Origin: Diplonema japonicum
Lineage: Eukaryota > Protista > Euglenozoa: Diplonemea
NCBI GenBank assembly: GCA_964019335.1
Contig: OZ025707.1
Span: 248,001 to 312,000 of the forward strand
Reading direction: 5' to 3'
Length of the DNA: 64,000 nt
Shown here piece after piece: positions 57,973 to 64,000 of the stretch (position 1 is its first letter; every line of letters begins with the position of its first letter). The notes under the pieces were generated by a model. That model worked only from the letters and a program-made list of their open reading frames with translations, had not been told where the DNA came from and did no database searches. The position numbers and the translations under genes are program-made.

Positions 57973-58278
57973 ATGCGTGAGATAGATGAAGACTCCGATG
58001 AAGACTTCCTCTCGAGGCAGGAGTTGCAGACGTTGTACGAGGCAGAGAGGTGGCCCAACTTCACCTCTGCAACGAGGTCGAATGAAAGGAGGGTGAAGCT
58101 CCCGCAGATCCGCGGCTTGAAACTCGCCTCACGGTCGAGAAAGCCGATGAAGACGTGGAATATCACCCAGCCGAGCGTGGACCTGATGGTGGAGAAAAAC
58201 CAAATGGCCAGAGACAGATTGATGCTGACAAAGAGAGTCTCTATACTGCCCCCTTTGAAGAGAAATTTACATGTCTAG
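57973..58278 (+). CDS. Hypothetical small protein
   Basis: Coding-like composition between A/T tracts (MREIDEDSDEDF..LPPLKR); no recognised domain. Confidence 0.55.
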   Translation: MREIDEDSDEDFLSRQELQTLYEAERWPNFTSATRSNERRVKLPQIRGLKLASRSRKPMKTWNITQPSVDLMVEKNQMARDRLMLTKRVSILPPLKRNLHV

Positions 58279-58428
58279 AAAAGAAAAAAGAAAAGAAAAA
58301 AAACGGCATTTACATGTCTAGAAAAGAGAGAAAAAAAAAAGATTTTTTCTTTGTTCCACCATAATTGTTGGCAAGTACTTCCGTTGGGGGAGGGGGAAAA
58401 AAAAAAAAAAGAGAGAAGGTGAGGGCAA

Positions 58429-58812
58429 ATGTTGACCATGCGCGATTTTGAAGCAATGCCTTTTGAAGCTGCTCAGCAGCGGGTCTCAGCTCCCATGATT
58501 GTGCAGTTCTCGCTGGGTGGGGCAATGAGGCCGGAAACGCCACTCGGAAGCTATGAGGACCTCCTGCGGCTTGATGAGAACAACGTTAAACGTGGAGTCA
58601 AGCCCCAAGAGTGGCCGAAGGCTGTCAGGGAAATCAAAGCCAAGCGAAAGCACGTTGGCGACGCTGATCCCATTACACAGGAGGACTTTGTAAAAGGAGA
58701 AATCCTTGTCGAACTGCGCAAGTGTGGCCACGTGTTCAAACCGGTGGGTTTGAAAAAATGGTTCAAGAAGGAACACCTGTGTCCTGTGTGCCGGGCTGAC
58801 GTACTTGAGTGA
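58429..58812 (+). CDS. Variant RING-H2-like protein (putative E3 ligase)
   Basis: SYEDLLRLDE..KRGV precedes DPITQEDF..CGHVF..W..CPVCR. Confidence 0.75.
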   Translation: MLTMRDFEAMPFEAAQQRVSAPMIVQFSLGGAMRPETPLGSYEDLLRLDENNVKRGVKPQEWPKAVREIKAKRKHVGDADPITQEDFVKGEILVELRKCGHVFKPVGLKKWFKKEHLCPVCRADVLE

Positions 58813-59394
58813 GATGGAGGGGAAGGAAAAAAAAAAAAAGAAGAAAAAAAGCGTTACCTTTTTTACAATAGCGACGCTGGGAAAGAAGAAAGGATTTAAA
58901 AAGAGGAACTGGCCGTTTGTCCGTGCCGGGTAAAACCTGGAGAAAGTTTGTCAACCCGAAACACGTTGCCAACGTTCCCCTTTTGTTTAGACAAGTCAAA
59001 GATTCGTTCTTGCAAAAAAAAAGAAAATGGTTTTTTATTTTTTTTGTAGCACCCCCCCCTTTTTTTCCCCTTAAAAATAAAAATAAATGGGGCCTTTCTA
59101 AACAGATTTAAAAAAAATAAGAAAATAAAAAAATTAAAAAAACCTTCTCCGGTTGGAAAGGCCAGAGGGTTGTTTGTATTACCCGCCCCCCCTTTTTTTT
59201 TTCACCCTTTAAAAAAAACTGGATTTTTCATCTTACTTTTCTTCTGGTTTCTTTTTTTTTTTTTTTTTGCTTTTCTTTCTTTCCCCCACACCGCTTAAAT
59301 GTCACCCCACCCCCCCAAAAAAAAAGTGGGGGGAGGTTTCCCCATCCCACCCCACTATATAAAAAAAAAAAAAATTAAAAAAAATTAAAAAAAA

Positions 59395-60279
59395 ATGAGA
59401 TTCTACCCGGAATGGGACGGCTATGTGTCGTGGCCGGTTCTTCTGCTGTCGGCCCCGTGCTACCTTGCAATTATTTTTTCGACGAAGGCGGTGATGCAAA
59501 ACAAGAAGGCGATGGATCTAAACTGGGCGTTACAGGCCTTCAACGCCTTACAAGTAGCACTGGGCACCGCAATGGCATGGCAGCTAAGCGGCAGCTTGAG
59601 CTTTTCAAACCCGTTTATGCTTAATACTGACTTTGTAGCCCACACAGAAAAATGGCTTTTTGTTCACTATATCGCAAAGTTCTTAGATCTCATTGAGACG
59701 CTCATCATCGTCCTCCGGAAACGCAATTCGCAGCTAACCAAGCTTCATCTGTTCCACCACTCATCTGTTCTCTTCGTGTGGGGCTGGCTACTGAACATGG
59801 GCCTTGCAAATGGTACCGCGGCCTATGGTGCCTTCATCAACAGCCTTGTACACGCACTTATGTACGGACATTTGTATAGTCACGGCGATGCAAAGTGTAT
59901 GGTAATTGTGATAAACAAAACTTCGGTGGTGCTTTGCCAGGTGATCCAGTTCCTTTCTTGTATCATGCATGCTGTTATAGCCTTGTTTGTCGAAAAGAAT
60001 ATACCAACCTTCGTGTGCTTAGTTCAGCTTGGATACAGCCTCCTTTTGGTCGGTTGCTTTATCTCCGCTGCCAAGGCTGCTAAGAGAAGGCAACGGGAAG
60101 AACAGACCGAGCTGCGTGCAAGGCAGCCACCAGCATCCCCTGTCAGGTCTCAAATGACAATCGATCAGCTCCGGCAACAGATGAAGGAAGCGGCTGCGAG
60201 AAACCTCCGCGTGCAGCGAGAGCGGGAACAGAAGGGTTCTGTGGAGGAGGAGCTTTGTGAACCCTCCTTTTTTGACTGA
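59395..60279 (+). CDS. GNS1/SUR4 (ELO) fatty acid elongase with a C-terminal coiled-coil extension
   Basis: KFLDLIET..LRK, LHLFHH, NSLVHALMY motifs; TM segments. Confidence 0.88.
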   Translation: MRFYPEWDGYVSWPVLLLSAPCYLAIIFSTKAVMQNKKAMDLNWALQAFNALQVALGTAMAWQLSGSLSFSNPFMLNTDFVAHTEKWLFVHYIAKFLDLIETLIIVLRKRNSQLTKLHLFHHSSVLFVWGWLLNMGLANGTAAYGAFINSLVHALMYGHLYSHGDAKCMVIVINKTSVVLCQVIQFLSCIMHAVIALFVEKNIPTFVCLVQLGYSLLLVGCFISAAKAAKRRQREEQTELRARQPPASPVRSQMTIDQLRQQMKEAAARNLRVQREREQKGSVEEELCEPSFFD

Positions 60280-60290
60280 TGGGGTGGAAA

Positions 60291-60321
<31 letters not shown>

Positions 60322-60544
60322 CATTGCTCCTTCGGTAGTGTTTCATAATTTCCTATTAAAAAAAAAAAAAAAGAAAAAAAAAAGAACGGAAAAAAAAAAA
60401 AAGGGTGGGATGTGGGGATAGGATGATGCAGCAAGACCAAAGGGTTCTTTGGGTTCAGGTACTCATGTGTGACAATATCCTCCCCATTTAAAAAAAAAAA
60501 AAAAAAGAAATGAGGGCTTCCTGTTGTTAGGGGAGGGGGAGGGG

Positions 60545-60577
<33 letters not shown>

Positions 60578-60581
60578 ACTG

Positions 60582-60790
60582 ATGGCTCAAATTTCAGCAT
60601 TTCTTTTGTGAATTTCTTTTTTTTTATAGGCTTCTCCAGGAGGCCCATTTTTGCTACCCAGCCCACGCACGACAAGCTGATGGATTTGAAGGCCGCCTAC
60701 AAGCGGGATCGCATCACACGACTCCGCAAGACGCTCACAGCCACAATCGGGATGAAAGCAATGCTCCAGAAGGGGAGTATTAACAGATAG
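60582..60790 (+). CDS. Possible small gene (structure unresolved)
   Basis: GC-richer segment after an AG at 60629 with an open frame; start and reading frame are ambiguous. Confidence 0.25.
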
Positions 60791-61228
60791 ACCCCCTCCT
60801 CCCATAGGGCGGCCCTCTAGCGGGGGGCTTGTCCTGTACTTTGAGTTTTTTTTTGATTCTCTCTCCTAGTTTGGATGGGCATCGTTCCCACAGCTCTTCA
60901 AAAAAAAAAGAAATGAAAAAAGAAAAGAAAGGGGGGGGAAACAAGAAGGAATAAACGGCACGTTATGCGGCAGCACACGCTCAAAAACAGCATATTAAAA
61001 AAAAAAATGACCCCGTTTTTTTTTTTTACCCCCTCCCCCTTTTTTTTTCCCCCTTTTTTCCGACAACCCGCTATCTTAATGACCGTGGTCTGGGGGAAAA
61101 AAAAAAAAAAAAAAAAAATAGAAACGGGATTTTTTTTTTTTTGTTGCACAACAAAAACGCGCGTTTAAAAAAAAAAAAAAAAAAAAAGGAGGGGTGAAAA
61201 AAAAACACCCCCCTCCCCCCAAAAAAAA

Positions 61229-63841
61229 ATGAAACGCCTCTTTTCGTCTAACACAATCTCCCAAAAACTACGGGAGAGCAAGTACATCAACACAGCGGAA
61301 TCGGATGACATAGAGATGACCCATTCGAGCCTCGGCCGCACCAGGCGGGTCCTAACCCAGGTTCTAAACAAGACAAAGGGTGGGATCGACGAGGAAGAGG
61401 TGGGCATCATGCATCTCATAAACTACCTTGTAGTGGATATGGAAAAGCGAATGCACCTTCGACAGATGATCCCTTACATGGTATTTCTATGCGTTCTGAC
61501 AGCTTTAGTGGTCACCGAAATTTCCTTCAGCGAATATTCAGACCCGTTGCAACAAACTGAAGAAGTTACGAATATATTATTAAGAAAGCAATTGTCACAA
61601 GTTGGCAGCAAAGACCAAATGTGGAATTGGATTCGCGACGCCACCAAATCCACGTATGAATCAGGTCCTTCCAGAATATGCTCCGACACCGCTCAATGCT
61701 CCTCTGATTCCGTTGGATCGCAAACGTTTCCAATATCCGTTTTAATGCTCAGACAATGGAGGGTACCGGTATACATATGCGGTAATGTGAACGGCATCAC
61801 AGCGAAGGCGATCACCCCATGTGATATTTCAATTCTACCGTGTAACTGCACGCACAAATATAGTGCTTCGGAATCATCCACTGAAACTTACGGAATAGGT
61901 GACATGACATTTGTGTCGGATTCCGCGTTGAAGCTTCCCTTCCATCCTTTGGATTTAACAACGCAGCACATCACGTACCGCACGGAGAATCAATTTTCAC
62001 TGATTTTTCCGTTGTCCGACTCGCTCGATTCGATTATTTCGAATTTGACGGTACACGAGGAGCAGTACTGGGTGGACGAGCAAACGCGTGTTGTATCGCT
62101 TGAGACGCTTTTTTACAATCCAGATTCGGAGCAGTTTGTCCGGACATCTTGTTTCGCAGAGTTCTTCCAAACCGGGCTTGGAATGAGCAATTGTTTCTAC
62201 CAGCCTCCATACAAACTCGAAGTTTTCGACGGCTCCACCACCAGAACCGCTCTGTCGCTGATCGTTATGTTTTACATCATCCCGTTTCTGTACTGGTTGG
62301 GGCAGTCCGTATACTTCCGAGCGGTTTTGAAAAAAGATTTCATCGTCGTTGGGGAAATCTACCAGATCATCCACGTTGTCGTTTTATCAATCTTCACGTA
62401 CTACCAAGGCCTTATGTGGGACCTCAGCTCCGTTATGAGCAGCGGGCGTTTTTACGAGGAATATCTCACCGATGACTTCAAACGTGTTGGGGATGATGAA
62501 ACGGCGGAGGGGCTTCTCATGTTCCACTACTCGTCGAGGTACGCGTTTTACGGAAGAAGGTACCACGAGTTGCTTGGGATTTTGCTGGTTGTATCGTGGC
62601 TTCGGATATTCAAATTTTTGCAGCATTTTCACCAACTGAACATGCTGTCGGAAACAACGAGAATTGCTGCGATCGACGTGTTTCGGTTGGCGACGATCTT
62701 CATGTACTGTGTGCTCGCGTTTTCAATGGCAGGATCGCTGGTCTTCTCGTCTCAATTAAGGGAATTCGAAACGCCTTCTCACGCCGGTTCAACACTTCTC
62801 AGAATGTTTTTCATGGAACACGAGCCCGATTACATACGAATGAGGGACATGCAGCCGTTCTGGGCACCCGTATATGTGGTCAGCTTCTTTCTCTTATGCT
62901 ACTTCATGTTGTTAAACATGGTTTTGGCGGTTATTGTGTCGTCCTTCACGCAGGTTCAGTCCGCACAAGAAACAGCGAAACGACAGCTTGCCGTCAGGGA
63001 GGATCAGATTCTCGATGAGGAGATTTTAATCCTGCGGAACCGTTCTAACTCGGTTGCGTTGGCCGGGGCGTCGCGGCCGTCTCGTTTTTCCCGCACGCAG
63101 AAGAAGTTCGTCAAGATGTTCGCTAGTATAAAAGACACGGCATTGCACTGGTTGACAGCAGATAATTCACAACGAGAGAAAGCTGTTCAGCTTGCAAAAG
63201 AACATTGCGCAAGAGATCTTCGAATACCCCGTTACGTCTTGAAAGAACACCCTGAGTACTACAACCGAGTCAGCATCACAAAAGAAGAGTTGAAACGGGT
63301 ATTTGCTAAACTTCTGTCTGATGCAGACTTAGAGAACATTTTCATGGGTGTGCAGAAAAAGGTGTTTACACAAGAGAACACCCACGTTCTCATTGTCCAG
63401 GCGATGTCTGAGCTAGCCGCAGATATTCAACGAAAGTTTGAAGAACAGGACATGGTCAACAAAACAGCCTTCGACGATATGTTAAAAAAGATGAACGGGA
63501 TGCAGAATGCAAGCGGGGGTGGGGAATATGACATCATGGTTACAGGTCCTTCAGGGAATACCAAGCCCGCCGCCACCATTTTACAGCTTCGGCAGCAGCT
63601 TAAAGAAGCCCTTGCGGAGAATAAGCGGCTTACGAAGTCGCAGGCTAAAGCTCAGCAGGCTCTCGCGCAAGCAACAGTCCAGCAGCAACTTGCTGACCTT
63701 AACTCAGAAAGGGAATTTTTGGTCGACCAGCTCGCTGTGTCTGAGAAAGCGTCCATAGCCAGCATGGAAAGACGGGCTTCGACAGACGGGGTGGAGACAC
63801 CTCTTCAGGCAGCAAGGAACATTTTGCGTATTCCTGTGTAG
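61229..63841 (+). CDS. Polycystin-2 (PKD2/TRPP)-like cation channel
   Basis: LRQWRV, WVDEQTRVVSLE, WLRIFKFL, pore region TLLRMFF, LLNMVLAVI; C-terminal coiled coil. Confidence 0.85.
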   Translation: MKRLFSSNTISQKLRESKYINTAESDDIEMTHSSLGRTRRVLTQVLNKTKGGIDEEEVGIMHLINYLVVDMEKRMHLRQMIPYMVFLCVLTALVVTEISFSEYSDPLQQTEEVTNILLRKQLSQVGSKDQMWNWIRDATKSTYESGPSRICSDTAQCSSDSVGSQTFPISVLMLRQWRVPVYICGNVNGITAKAITPCDISILPCNCTHKYSASESSTETYGIGDMTFVSDSALKLPFHPLDLTTQHITYRTENQFSLIFPLSDSLDSIISNLTVHEEQYWVDEQTRVVSLETLFYNPDSEQFVRTSCFAEFFQTGLGMSNCFYQPPYKLEVFDGSTTRTALSLIVMFYIIPFLYWLGQSVYFRAVLKKDFIVVGEIYQIIHVVVLSIFTYYQGLMWDLSSVMSSGRFYEEYLTDDFKRVGDDETAEGLLMFHYSSRYAFYGRRYHELLGILLVVSWLRIFKFLQHFHQLNMLSETTRIAAIDVFRLATIFMYCVLAFSMAGSLVFSSQLREFETPSHAGSTLLRMFFMEHEPDYIRMRDMQPFWAPVYVVSFFLLCYFMLLNMVLAVIVSSFTQVQSAQETAKRQLAVREDQILDEEILILRNRSNSVALAGASRPSRFSRTQKKFVKMFASIKDTALHWLTADNSQREKAVQLAKEHCARDLRIPRYVLKEHPEYYNRVSITKEELKRVFAKLLSDADLENIFMGVQKKVFTQENTHVLIVQAMSELAADIQRKFEEQDMVNKTAFDDMLKKMNGMQNASGGGEYDIMVTGPSGNTKPAATILQLRQQLKEALAENKRLTKSQAKAQQALAQATVQQQLADLNSEREFLVDQLAVSEKASIASMERRASTDGVETPLQAARNILRIPV

Positions 63842-64000
63842 ATAAAAAAAAAAAAAAAAAAAAAAAGAAAATTAAACGCTCCATATTCGCTAAGTGACCC
63901 GCCCTATGTCCCAAAGGGGTTATAGGGGGGCTATAGGGGGAAAAAAAAATGTCAAAAATGCCCAAAGGTTCATTGAATTTTTTTTTTTTTTTTCAAAAAA

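Overview
Eukaryotic protist DNA, most likely a euglenozoan and probably diplonemid-like. This is an inference from three things: all host genes lie on the + strand, genes are intron-poor, and a VIPER/TATE-type YR retroelement is present. Two host-gene blocks flank a ~29-kb mobile island at about 18.1-47.6 kb. The left block holds a giant Cys-rich EGF-type protein (5' partial), the cohesin loader SCC2/NIPBL, and a spliced Clu-like/TPR/IQ/coiled-coil gene. The right block holds a response regulator, a sterol desaturase-family enzyme, an LRR receptor-like protein, a membrane SAM methyltransferase, a variant RING protein, an ELO elongase and a PKD2-like channel. Host introns are tiny (32-78 nt) GT-AG introns, mostly filled with poly(A), and 10 of 11 are phase 0. 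The island sits between two broken pieces of a duplicate response-regulator gene and contains: (i) an intact APE-RT LINE whose ORF1 carries an OTU deubiquitinase-like domain and joins ORF2 in frame through a single UAG in the exact TMV leaky-stop context CAA-UAG-CAA-UUA (top finding); (ii) a Penelope-like element with a Josephin-like protease domain and no recognisable endonuclease, whose 3' end looks like a splice acceptor and has re-inserted into its own ORF; (iii) an internally deleted YR retroelement with split direct repeats; (iv) a diversifying kinase/ubiquitin-like/ankyrin gene family; and (v) modular short repeats. All domain calls come from reading motifs by eye; no searches were run.
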